Positions 25,372 through 36,500 of a stretch of DNA of 64,000 bases are shown here, piece by piece (within the stretch, counting starts at the first letter, position 1; the number at the start of each line of letters is the position of its first letter). The notes under the pieces are model-generated. The model had not been told where the DNA came from. It made no database searches and worked only from the letters and a program-made list of their open reading frames with translations. The DNA lies in the NCBI GenBank assembly GCA_014905635.1, contig CM026547.1:1116001-1180000 (forward strand), in the 5' to 3' direction. Source of the stretch: Scenedesmus sp. PABB004. Lineage: Eukaryota. The position numbers and the translations under genes are program-made.

Positions 25372-25755
25372 CCGACGCGGCGCGCCGCCGCCCAGGCAGC
25401 CGCGCAGAGGGGGGCGCGGCGGTGCGCGCGACCGCGCGGCGGCGCCTTCTTTTTTGTCCCCGCTGCGATGCCTGCGAATGTTTTTCTCTCTCCCTTGCCC
25501 TGCCGACCCGGCACATCGAACCGGGCTGCGGGCAACCGGCGCTGCCGACCGCGGTTGTCATGTCGCCCTCCGCGGGGAGTGGAAGTTGGACCGGCAGCGG
25601 CGCTCGGCCAGGCACAGCTCGGACGCAGCGTGGACGCTTGCCCCGCGCGCTCTCGTGCCCAACCCCAGCGTGCTCCGCACTCCTCTCGGCGCAGCAGCAG
25701 CTCGCCCACACCGGCTCCCGGCCCGCCGCTGATTCGCCGCGCCCGATCAGCAGCG

Positions 25756-27862
25756 ATGGCCCGGAACCACGAGCTTACCGTCGCCCGGGCGGCCCTCCTG
25801 GCGCTGCTGCTGGTGGCGAGCGCCTCCAGGTGGGCTGCGCAGGCGCTCGCAATCGGCGGGAAGAGTGCTGACCGCGCCAGCCAGGGCCCTCCTCGCCCCG
25901 CCGGGCACGCCACGGTGCTCCGCGGGGGTCAAGTATTCTGGAGCGCCAGCAGGGCCGCCGGTCAGGGGCGGCCTGCGCCGGCGCACGCCGACGACGCGCC
26001 CGCCGCAACGCCCGCCGGCCCCAGGGCGGCCGCCCAGACCTGCACCGACGGCGTGAAGAACGGCCTCGAGACGGACAGTGCGTGGCCCGGGGGGCGCTCC
26101 CGGGCGTGGCGCGCGCGCGCCGCACTGACCGGCGGGCGCCGGCGCTGCCGCGCGCAGAGGACTGCGGCGGCACGACGTGCCCCAAGTGCCTCACCGCGCG
26201 CGTCTGCCTTGTCGGCACCGACTGCCTGAGTGGCGTGTGCAACGCGGGCAAGTGCGCGGAGCCGCCGCAGTGCTACAACAAGGTGCGCGCGGCGCGCGCG
26301 CGCGCACCGACCGCGCGCCGCGCGCCGCGCGGCGCCGCCGAGCGCCCGCGCTGCCGCCCCCAGGTCAAGGACCGGCGCGAGACGGACGTTGACTGGTGAG
26401 CTGAGCGGCGGCGCGGGCGCAGCGGCTGCGCCGCCGTGCCTGGCCCCTGCCTGCTCGCGAACCAAGCCCTGCCTCGTGAACTGGTGCTCGGCCCCTGCCT
26501 CCCCCCTCCCCGGCTGCCCTCCCCGCCTCGCGCCCGCGCAGCGGCGGCGGCGAGTGCTTCGATGCCTGCTGGTTTGGCAAGGTCTGCGGCGCGACGTGGG
26601 ACTGCCGCAGCAAGGTGTGCACCGGCGGGCTGTGCGCCCAAGCGACCACCTGCGCCAACGGCATCAAGGACGGCCGCGAGACGGGTGCGTGCGTGTGCGT
26701 GTGCAGACGCACGTGCGGGTGTGGGGCTGAGCGGGGGTGTGGGTGGGGGTCCAGCGCGCCTGCGCGGCCGACGGCGCAGCGTGCCGCCTGCTCTTCCGCC
26801 GCCAGACATTGACTGCGGCGGCGGCGGCTGCGAGGCGCTATGTGCCAACGGCCTGAACTGCACCGAGCAGCGCGACTGCGTGAGCGGCGTGTGCACGGCC
26901 GGCAAGTGCGTGCAGCCGTCCACCTGCACCAACAAGGTCAAGGACGCCAACGAAGGTGGGCGCTGCCGGCAGCGACCGCCGTGCCGCCGCGCCTCGCCGC
27001 GGCGCCGCGCCGGCGCCGACGCTCGCCGCCTGCGTGCGCGCCGCAGGCGACGTCGACTGCGGCGAGCTGTGCGACCGCCAGTGCGGCGTGTCGGGCACTT
27101 GCCGCGCCGCGGCCGACTGCACCAGCGGCGTGTGCACCGCCGGCCGCTGCATCGACGCGCCCACCTGCGCCAACGGCGTCAGGGACGGCCGCGAGACTGA
27201 CGTTGACTGGCGAGCGCGGCACCGCGCCGCGCAGCGCGGCGCCCACGCCCGCGCGCCCCCGCCCCGCCGCGCTCAGCCACCCGCCGCCGCGGCGCCCCTC
27301 GCGCTGCTCGCAGCGGCGGCGGCGGCTGCGGCGCCGCGTGCGGCGTGGGCCGCCGCTGCGTCAGCACCTGGGACTGCACGACCCGCCTGTGCTCCAGCGG
27401 CGTGTGCGTCGCCCTGCCCCCGCCCAGCCCCTCGCCCAGCCCCTCGCCGCCGGCGATCAGCTGCGTCGACGGCATCAAAAACGGTGGGCGGCGCCGGCGC
27501 CGGCGCAGCGCGGCCGGCCGGGGGCGGCGGCGCCCCGCGCGGCGCTGCGTTTGCCACACCGCCTGCCCTCACGCGCGCTGCCGCCCTGCACGCCGGCGCG
27601 CGTCTCTGCTGCCGCGCCGCCGGCGACCAGGCCGCGAGTCGGGTGAGCGCGCTGCCGCGCGGCGCTGCCAGCCACCAGCGCGCTCGCGCGGCGCGCTCGG
27701 GCCCTGCCGGCACAGCTGCAGGCGGCGGCGCACCCACCACCGCGCCCCGTCGCCGTCCGCGCCGCAGACGTGGACTGCGGCGGTCCCGACTGCCCGGCCT
27801 GCGCCGCTCAGCAGCTGTGCTGGGACAACTCCGACTGCACGAGCGCGCAGTGCCTGTTCTGA
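25756..27862 (+). CDS. Secreted Cys-rich protein with six C-x-(D/N)-G-x-K-(N/D)-G-x-ETDVDCGG repeats
   Basis: Signal peptide MARNHELTVARAALLALLLVASASRWAAQA, then six repeats of about 50 aa (TCTDGVKNGLETDKDCGG, QCYNKVKDRRETDVDCGG, TCANGIKDGRETDIDCGG, TCTNKVKDANEGDVDCGE, TCANGVRDGRETDVDCGG, SCVDGIKNGRESDVDCGG) and a short SP-repeat linker. Ends ...AQCLF* at 27862. Confidence 0.85.
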
Positions 27863-28448
27863 GCGCCGTGCACGCAGCGCGCGCCCCGGCCGGGCGGGGG
27901 GCGCGCGACAGCGATCTTGCCGGCCAGACACCACCATCGATTGACCAGCATGGGGGGCAGGGCGTCGGGGCAGGGCCTTTGGGGGGGGGGGCGTGGCTGC
28001 ACCGGCGGCGGCGCCGGTGACGCCGCTGGTGAGCTCGCCGGTGACGCCGACGATGGGGCCGGGGCCGCCGCTTGTTTTGAGCGGGGAAGCACGTTGGCGC
28101 GAGCGGAGCCGCCGGGAGGGCGCCAGCACGGCGCCAGGGCAAGTTGAGATGATTTTTTTTTTCGGGGGCACGATCGGGAAATCGCCGGCAACCAGCGCGC
28201 GCCGCGCCAGCAACGTTTTCCGAGGTCTGGGGGCCCCAGAGCGCAGATCCGGCGCAGGGTCAGCGCCGACACGGCTCTAGATTTTACGGACCACGTGCGT
28301 GCGTCGTTTCAGTGCTGCTCCTCGCCGGGCGACCAGCCGTCCCGCGCGCCGCCCGCCCGCCACTGATCTTTCCCGTGGCGGGCGGCGAACATTGGCCCGA
28401 CTAGACGCGCCCCGCAGCGCCCGGCAGCGCTCGACGTCGACTCGTAGC

Positions 28449-28456
28449 TTTCGCGG
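28449..28456 (+). promoter_or_regulatory. Possible E2F site (TTTCGCGG) about 70 nt upstream of the cyclin ATG
   Basis: Matches the WTTSSCSS consensus, with a CACGTG at 28292-28297. These are short motifs and could occur by chance. Confidence 0.25.
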
Positions 28457-28525
28457 GTGGCCAGACGCCCCGCGGCGCGCGAGAACCAGCCCCTAGGCCC
28501 GCCTGGACCGCCCAGTCGGGGCGGC

Positions 28526-30266
28526 ATGGTGGTGCGGCTGGACTTTGAGGAGGTGGTGGACGAGAGCGGCAGCGACTACGCCGCGCCCGCCTACGCCTAC
28601 AAGCCCGCGCCCCGCGACGCCGAGGACGCGCTGTGCTTCGAGGTGCGGCGCCCGCCCCGGGGCGCGGCGCGGCGGCGCCGCGCGGGCCGGGCGCAGCATC
28701 GGCGCGGGAGACCGGGCCCCCGCCCGCACGGCGCGACGCCGGCCGCCGCGCCCGCGCCACAGGTGCTGGGGGATGGCGACTCGTACATGAGCCAGGACAC
28801 GTGCCTGTCCGCCCGCCTCTGCGGTGAGCGCAGACCGGTCGCCCGCGGGCCCATCGCGCCGCCCCCGCGCCGCCCACGCGGCGCCCCACGCCCCGCGCGC
28901 GCAGACGATGGCAACTCCAGCGAGATGCTGTTCACGTCGGGCTCGCTCTGCAGCCGCGGCGTCGCCGCGCTGGAGCGCGCGCCGGCGGACGCGGTGGCGC
29001 AGCTGCTGCTGGTGGAGGAGGCGGTGCGCGCGCCGGCGGCGGCGGCGGCCCCGCAGCCCGGGCGCCCCCCCCCCAGAGCACCCCCGCGCCGCAATCGGCC
29101 GGCCACCGCGCGCCGCCGCCAACGCGCCGTCGACCCGCCGCCGCCGCGCGCCGCGCGCGCCGCAGGCGGGCGCCGCCGCGCGGCCGGGCCGCGACTACCT
29201 GTCGGCGCTGCCCGTCGCGCCCGGCGACCGCGCGAGCGCGGTGGACAACATGACGCGTGCGGCGACGCACCTCGCGCTCTCCAGCGACGTGCTCTTCCTC
29301 GGCGTCGCGCTGCTCGACCGCTTCCTCGCCGCGAGCGCGCTGCCGCCGGCGCTGCTCGACACCGCGGCGCTCGCGTGCCTCTGGCTCGCCGCCAAGTACG
29401 AGCACTGCGTCGTCCCGCCCGCGGTGCACTTCCTGGCCGCGGCGCAGGGCAACTTTGAGTGCGCCGCCAGCCGCGCGCTGCTGGTCGACATGGAGGCGCG
29501 CGTGCTGCGGGTGCGTGCCGCGCCCCGCGCGCGCGCCCGCGCGCGGCCGGGCAGCGCGCCGCGCGAATGCGCGCGCGCCCCGCGCGCCGCCCACGCGCCG
29601 CCGCCGCGCCGCCGCCGCCGCCCGCCAGGCGCTCGACTACCGCGTGAGCTGCTACCCGACCGTCAAGACCTTCCTGCGCGCGACCTTCCTGCGCCTGCAG
29701 CAGCAGCTCGCCGGCGGCGCCGCCGCCGCCAAGTGCGGCGGCGGCCCCGCCGCCGGCGGCGCGGCCCCGTGCGGGGGCCAGGTCGACCCCCGGCTCTACT
29801 TCTGTGCCTCCTACCTGGCAGAGATGTCGCTGCTCGAGTGCAAGCTCGTGCCCTTTGCGCCCAGCCAGGTCGCGGCGGCCGCGTTTGCGAGCGCGAGCCT
29901 GCTCGCCGGCGGCGCGCTGCACGACGGCCAGCTCGTCGCGCTCACGGGCTACAGCCTGGCCGAGATCAAGCTGCCCATGCAGGCGCGCGCGCGCGCAGCG
30001 CCGCCGCCGCCGCGCCGCGCACCGCGCCGCGCCGCCGCGACGCCGCAGCGCGCGCCGCGCCGCCGCCGCCGCCGACGCCGCGCCCGGCGCGCCCTCTGCG
30101 CCCGCAGTGGCTGCTGAGTGTGCACCACGTCCTCTACCAGGGCCGCGGCCTGCCGCTGGCGAGCATGTACGAGACGGCGCGCAAGTACCGCCACGCGAGC
30201 ATGTGCCACGTCGGCCTCATCCCCAGCATATCCACCACGGCCGACCCCCGCCTGCGCCTCTGCTAG
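28526..30266 (+). CDS. Divergent A/B-type (possibly SDS-like) cyclin, multi-exon
   Basis: Cyclin box DRASAVDNM...LSSDVLFLGVALLDRFL...AALACLWLAAKYEH...LVDMEARVLRALDYRVSCYPTVKTFL; C-terminal fold ASYLAEMSLLECKLVPFAPSQVAAAA...LVALTGYSLAEIK...RKY. TAG at 30264-30266. Confidence 0.88.
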
Positions 30267-31335
30267 TGACGGCGGCGACGCCGCCGCGCTGGGCGCGCGC
30301 GCCGGGGGGCGGGGGTGAGAGGGGGCTGAGAGGGGGCTGGGGCGACGCGGGGGCTGCGTGTGCTGGGGCTGCGCGCGCACACAGCGAGCGACACGGGGGA
30401 AGCGTGCTCTGTTCTCGCCTGCGCCGGGGCGCCCCCGAGGGAGGCGGGCGGCCGCAAGCGGGTTGCAGCCCGCTGGCGGCTGCCGGAGCGCCACCTTGGC
30501 GGGGCCAAGGGCTGCCGTGTACGTGCGCGAGCATTATCCGCGCGAGGGCCGTGCCGGGGCTGCTTCTGATGGCGCCCCGCGCACATTGCGAATGTGCGCG
30601 CTTTCTTGTGTTGTGGGCGGTGGGCACGACTGTCGACCAGCCGCGTGGCGGCGGCTGGCAGCGCGCTGAGCGCTGCCGCGCCCGCCCGCGCGGCTGGCTT
30701 TGAGCCGGCGCCCGCGCTCTAGCTGCGGCCGACTCGCAGGCCCGACCCGACCTGCGCCGTGCCCTGCGCCGAGCGCAGCTCCTATCGCCCCGCGCCCACC
30801 TGTCCTGTGCATACGAGCCGGCCGGGGGTTCCCGCCCCACGCGCCCTTGCCGTGATGCTGTGTGTTTGCTGTGTGCCCTCGTTCTGTGGCTGGCTGCGCT
30901 GGGCAGCCCGGTTGATCGGTGTTCTCTTAGCGTTCTTTGTTCTTGATAGTGTTGCTGTCGTTGTCGTTGTTGTTGTATGGGGCCCCCGCGCCCTGCACCT
31001 GCACCGGCGCCCTGCAGGTGCCCCACAACTCACAACTCACAACTCACAACCCTCGCCGCAACTGCCACAACCGCTGCCACGGTGCATGGCAGGCGTGCGG
31101 AGGGCTCGCACGCGACCCCGCGCGGGCTCACCGTGCGGGGCGACCATGCCGCGTCTGGCGGGCGACCGCCGCGGCTCGCAAAGCGCCCCCACTTTGGGGC
31201 GTGCCACCACCAAGCATGCTGCGGACGCGGTTTTGTGTGGGGCGCCGATTGTTCTTTCCCGGATTGTGGCTCTTGCTCTGCACGGCAGCGGTGGGTGGTT
31301 GCGTCTGGCACCTGAACTCGCGCCCGCCCTCAACA

Positions 31336-31385
31336 CCCACACACTCACACTCACACACACACACACACACGCGCACGCACACACT
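31336..31385. repeat. (CA)n-rich microsatellite in the gene-free interval
   Basis: Seen directly. (CACAACT)n at about 31024-31050 is nearby. Confidence 0.8.
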
Positions 31386-33234
31386 GCTGCATTCGGCTAT
31401 CCTGCTGAGCGCCCCGCCTGCAGTGTGCAAGCCGCGCGCTCTGTGCACCTCAACACACTCGCACGGGGCGGCCAAACGCAAGTGGCATGAGCTTGACGCT
31501 TGAGGAAGACTGTCCAGTACGGCCACACTGCGCACACGATTTACCCCGCACGGGGTGAAAAACGGCAAAACGGCACGGAAAGAAAGAAATACAACAGCAA
31601 CACGCCAAGGGGGGAGGGGGAGCGTCCAACGCGCACGCAAGTGCGCAGCCGCGCACGCGCCCGGCTGTGGCGGCGGCTGCCTCCCGCCGGGCGCGGCGCG
31701 GCGCGCGCGGGGCTGCTTTCCACTTCTTTTGGGGGGAGTTGAACTCCCCTCAGCAGCAGCACCCATGCGCGGCGCCTGTCGCGCCCTGCACGGCCGCGGC
31801 TGCTCGCTTTGCAGCAGCAGCCCGGCACAACAGCCGCGTAGCTCCTGGCCGCGAGCTTCGGGAGGGGGCGGCCGCCCTGGCGAGCAGTCAAGTGTCGGTA
31901 GGCGTGCGTGGACCGCGGCGCCGCCGCCGCCGCCGTCGCTGGACGGCCCCGCGCGGCGGCGCGCCGCGCACCACCCCGGCGCCAGAAACGCGGCCGCCCC
32001 CAGAGTTGTCGTTGCGTCGTCGTGAACGCATGTGGGCTCGTGCAAGCCAGTGGAGCGTCACTGGCAGAATGATGAGAGAGACAGGCTGCGGAATGATGAG
32101 AGAGACAGGAACGGTGGCTCCCCTGCGCTTGCGTTCTTTCTTCTTCCTCCCCACAACCAACTGCAGTTGGTTGGTTGGCCGCAGCTGCGGCGCGCGCGCG
32201 CTCGCATTCTTTGTGCCGCGCCGTGGGGCGCCGGCGTCACGCTCGGCGCCCCACAGCCGGAGCACAGCAGCACAGCACAGTATGGCACTGGCACTGGCAC
32301 TGGCACAGCACTGGACGCTGCGGCAATGCGCATGCTGCAGCCTGCACCATCGCACTTTCCTGCACTCGAGGGACTGCAGGCGAAATCAAGGGTGCTGCTC
32401 GCGCTCGCGCAGCGCCCGGGGCTGCGCGCCGCTCCGGCCGTGCCGGTCGTGGCGCGCCACACGCCGGTGTGGCCCCCGGCACTCTCGTGCTGTCCATGCT
32501 GGGCGGGCTGGCTGTCTCTGGGGGCTGTCTCTGGGGCTGTGCCTGTGTCTGCGGGCTGGCTGTCTGCGGGCTGGCTGTCTCCCTCTCTGCGCGGCGGGCC
32601 AGCGCGTGCTGGCGCGGCGTGCTGGTGCAGCGTGCGCGGCTCTCTCGGTCATGTCGGGCGCGGCCGGGGTCGGTGCTGTTCTCATGCCTCCACTCCCCTT
32701 CCCTGCGGCGCCGCCGTCGCACGCCTTTGTGCCCCGCTCACATCGCGCCCCGTGCCGCGCCAAGGATTGATGGTTCCCCTTGCAGCGCGCAGCGGCGCCG
32801 CGCGTGGCCGCCTCGGCGGCGCGCGCCGCGCTGCCTGCCTGCCTCTGCCTGCATCACTGGCGGGGCCGGCCATTCGCCGGGTGGGAGACCGAGTCGGTTG
32901 AGGCTGAGAGGCCAGGCGCGCCGCGGCGGCCGCCCCCTCCACCCCCGCAGCCTGCACATAGCACGCACACCGCGCTGTGCGCTGCTGCACTGCTGCGCAG
33001 CCCTGCGCGGCACGCCGGCGCGGCGGTGCGCATGTCCACTACGTGTACCCTTCCACGCAATTGATTCGTCGTCGGCGGCGGGCCTGCTTGCGTGCTTGCG
33101 TCGCACTGCGCGCCCTGCGTCTGTGTGCGTGCCACTGCGTCGGTGTGTCACTGCGGCTGCTCCCATCATCATCGCCACCATCACCACCATCATCAAACGC
33201 ATGCAGCGGCGCGGGTAAGCCTCCGCGCGTATGT

Positions 33235-33239
33235 TTACA
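33235..33239 (-). terminator. TGTAA polyadenylation signal of TPS1
   Basis: TTACA on + equals TGTAA on -, about 45 nt downstream of the likely stop at 33283. TGTAA is the established chlorophyte poly(A) signal. Confidence 0.55.
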
Positions 33240-33282
33240 GAGGCCTTCTCTCGCGCAGTCCCTCTCTGCGCGCGCCATAGCC

Positions 33283-33488
33283 CTAGCGCCGCGCCTCCTG
33301 CGCGGCGGCGTGCGCGTGCCAGCTCAGCCCCGCGGGCTCCTCCTCGCTCGTCCGCCCGCTCGCGCTGCTGTGCCGCCGCTCCAGGCTGCTCCTGCCCGGC
33401 AGCTGGTCCAGGCTGGCCCGCCGCTGCGCCGGCGCGGCGGGGGGCCCCCGGTCGAGGCTGCGCCGCATCGCGCGCGGGCCTCAGCCGG

Positions 33489-33528
<40 letters not shown>

Positions 33529-36500
33529 GCCGCCGCGCCGCCGAGGCCTGGCCCCGCCGCGCCCCAGCTCGCGCGCGGCGAGCGCGCGCCGCCGCCCGAG
33601 GAGCTCGTGCCGCCCAGGAGCGGGCCGATGAGGGCGTCGACGCCGGCAAAGCCCTGCAGGCTGCCCTGCGTGACAAAGCCCGAGTTGAGCGGCCCCGCGC
33701 CGCCGCCGCTGCTGGCGTGAGGGAAGGGGTGCAGCACCGGGTGCGCGCGCGAGAGCCCGCCGCGCACGGCGGACGCCGCCTCGATCGCGCGCAGGATGGC
33801 CTCCGAGCCCGAGCAGCTGCTGCTGCCGCTGCTCGGCGCCGCGCCGCCGCCGCTGCTGCCGGGCGCGGCGGCGCCGTCGCCGCCGTGCGGCGCGGCGCCG
33901 CCGCCGCTGCTCGCGGCGCTGCCGTCCGCGCCGCCAAAGCCGCCAAAGCTGCCGCTGCCCGCGCCGCCGTCGCGCGCGCCGCGCGGGAGCAGGCCGTGCG
34001 CGCCGCCGCCGCCGCCGCGCGGGCTGAGGCCGGCCGCGAGGCCCTGGCGCGTGACCGCCTCGAGCAGCCCGCCGACGTCGTTGGAGCCGGTGAGGCTGTA
34101 GCGCGCCTTGCTGCGGCTGCGGCCGACGCTGCAGGTGAAGAGGAAGCGCGGCGGGAAGTTGAACAGGCTCTTGGTGTTGAAGCTGCCGCCGCCGTTCTGC
34201 AGGTCCAGCCCGCCGCCGCTGCTGCCGCCGCTGCTGCTGCGCTTGTGGTGGTGCTTCGGCGGCGGCGAGCCCGCGCCGGGCGGGCCGACGCCCTCCAGCT
34301 GCACCGCCTGCTGCTGCGCCTGCGCGGCGGCGGCCTGCTGCTGCAGCACCTGCGCCGGCGGCGACGCGGCGCGCTGCAGCTGCAGCTGCGCGTGCTGCGC
34401 CTGCGCCTGCGCCTGAGCGTCGTCGGGCGCCTGCTGCGGCAGCCCGCTCAACGACAGCTCCGGCTGCACCGGGGGCGTGCCGCAGGGCTCCCCGCCACCC
34501 GCGTGCGCGACGTTGGAGTGGCCGATGTGCAGGGGCGCCAGGTGTTGCTGCGCCGCGCCGGTCGCCGCCGCCTGCGCCTGCTGCTGCGCCGCCTGGTGCT
34601 GGCGCTGGTTGCGCCGCGACTTGGCTGCCGCGTACACGCCCGCGCTCTGCTGCTGCCGCGCGTCCTCCGCCGCACCGCCGGGCAGCGGCGGCAGCGCGGC
34701 GCCGCCGTGCGTGGGCGTGGCCGCCGGGCTGTCGCCCCGCGGCGACGCAGGGCCTGCGCAGCGTCGGCGGCACCCGCCGCCGGGCCGCCCCCGGCGGCGG
34801 CGGCCGCGCCGCCGGAGGCGCCGCTGAGGAGGCGGTGGCCGCCCACGCCGATTGCCTTCCTGCCGCCCGGCCCGGCCGCGCCGGCCTCGCCGGCGCCGGC
34901 GCCGAGCCAGGCCGTGAGGGCGGCGGACGGCGCGACGGGGCTGTGCGCCAGGCTGCCCGAGTGCTCGTCGAGCTCGCAGATCGCGTGCAGCGGGAAGTGC
35001 GCCTGCAGTAGCGCCGGGCCGAGCAGCGGCTGGCCGTCGGGGCCGAGCGCCGGCGCGGCGGGCGCGCCGCCGCCCGCCGCCGCGGCGGGCGCCGCGGCCG
35101 CCGGCGGCGCCGCCGCCGCCGCGGCAGACGCCGCCGCGGACGCCGCGGCCGCGGCCGCCGCCGCGGCCGCCGCCGCGCTCGCCGCGGCCGCGGTGTTGCC
35201 GGCGTGCTGCAGCGCGGCGCGCAGGTCGGCGCGCGTGACGCCCTCGAGCTTGTGCCCCTCAAACAGCAGGTACATATTCTCGTCGCGCGCGAGCAGGTGG
35301 CCGATGCAGAGCACAAAGTCAAAGTCGACCGACTGGGGTTTGGGTTTGGGCGCCGGGCGCCGGGCGCCGGCCGCAGCGTGAGCGCGGCGGGGCGGCGCGG
35401 GCACTCAGCGCGGCCGCGAGCGCGCGTGCACGCGGCGGCGGCGGGGCGCGCCCAGCCCAGCGCTCGACCCAGTGCGCCCGCGGCGGCGGCGGCGGCGGCG
35501 GCTGCGGCGGCGCACCTGGCGGCCCATGACTGAGGCCATGTAGGCGAGGATGCGCTGCATGGCGAGGCCCTTGGTCACGCCCACGGGCCGCACCTCGACG
35601 CTGCGCCCGCCCTGGATGATCTCGACCGGCGCGTTGCTGATCGGGCCCGTCCACAGGTGCTGCGCGCGCGCGCGGCGGCGGCGGCGCGCGGCGGGCGTGT
35701 GGGCGCGCGTGGCGGCGCGGCGCGCGGCGCGCGCGCGGGCGCGCGTGGCCGCCAGGGCGCGCCGCGCGCCGCGCGCGCGAATGAAGCGCGCCGCCGCACC
35801 TGCAGCAGGTCCCGCGCCTGGAGGCGGCCGAACTCGACGTCCGCGTGCTTGTAGTTCCACACCAGGCTCGTGTCGCGCGCCTCGACGAAGCTGCGCGGCG
35901 TGCGCTCGCAAAAGTAGTCGAGCACGAGCTGCACGCTCTCCATCCACTCCTTGGGCAGCGTGTCAAACAGGCACTTCCAGTCCTGCGATGGGGGGGGGGG
36001 CGCACTGGCGGGGGTGGGCGCGCGAGCCGCGCGCAGGCACACGCCGGCTGCCGCCGCCGCCGCCGCAGCGCGCAGACACCTCCCCCCCCCCCCCCCCCCC
36101 ACACACACAGATGCACAGGCACGCGCGCGCGGACGCGCACAGCACGCGCCTGCGGGAGGTCGCGGGCCTTGGGGGCGCGCACATAGACGCCGTTCTCTGC
36201 GGCCAGCCACACGGGCAGGTCGCCAAACGTCTCCTCGAGCTTGCCCATCTCGCTGCCGCTGAAGATGAGCACCTCGTTGGCGGGGTCGGCGCACAGCACC
36301 TGGGCGTTAGAGCGGGGGGGGGGGGGGGTGCGGGCAGGCGGGGTCGGCGGGGCGGGTCGGCGGCGGCGGCTGGGCGGCGGTGGGGCCGGGCGGCGGCTGT
36401 GGCTGATGCGCGGGTGCGGTGTGTGTGCGCGCGCCGCGCGGCACGTGCCTCGAGGCAGCGCAGGATGCGCGGGTTGACGCGCGTGAGGGCCTTGATCTGG

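Noticed and set aside
32067..32110. Box C/D snoRNA suggested by two ATGATGA motifs
   Set aside because: No suitably placed CTGA box D or terminal stem. The motifs are explained by a short tandem duplication.
30759..32901. ORFs 30759-31490 (+), 31128-32045 (-) and 32032-32901 (+) as genes or transposases
   Set aside because: They run through microsatellites, lack the strong GC3 codon pattern of the real exons, and show no RT, transposase or other domain motifs.
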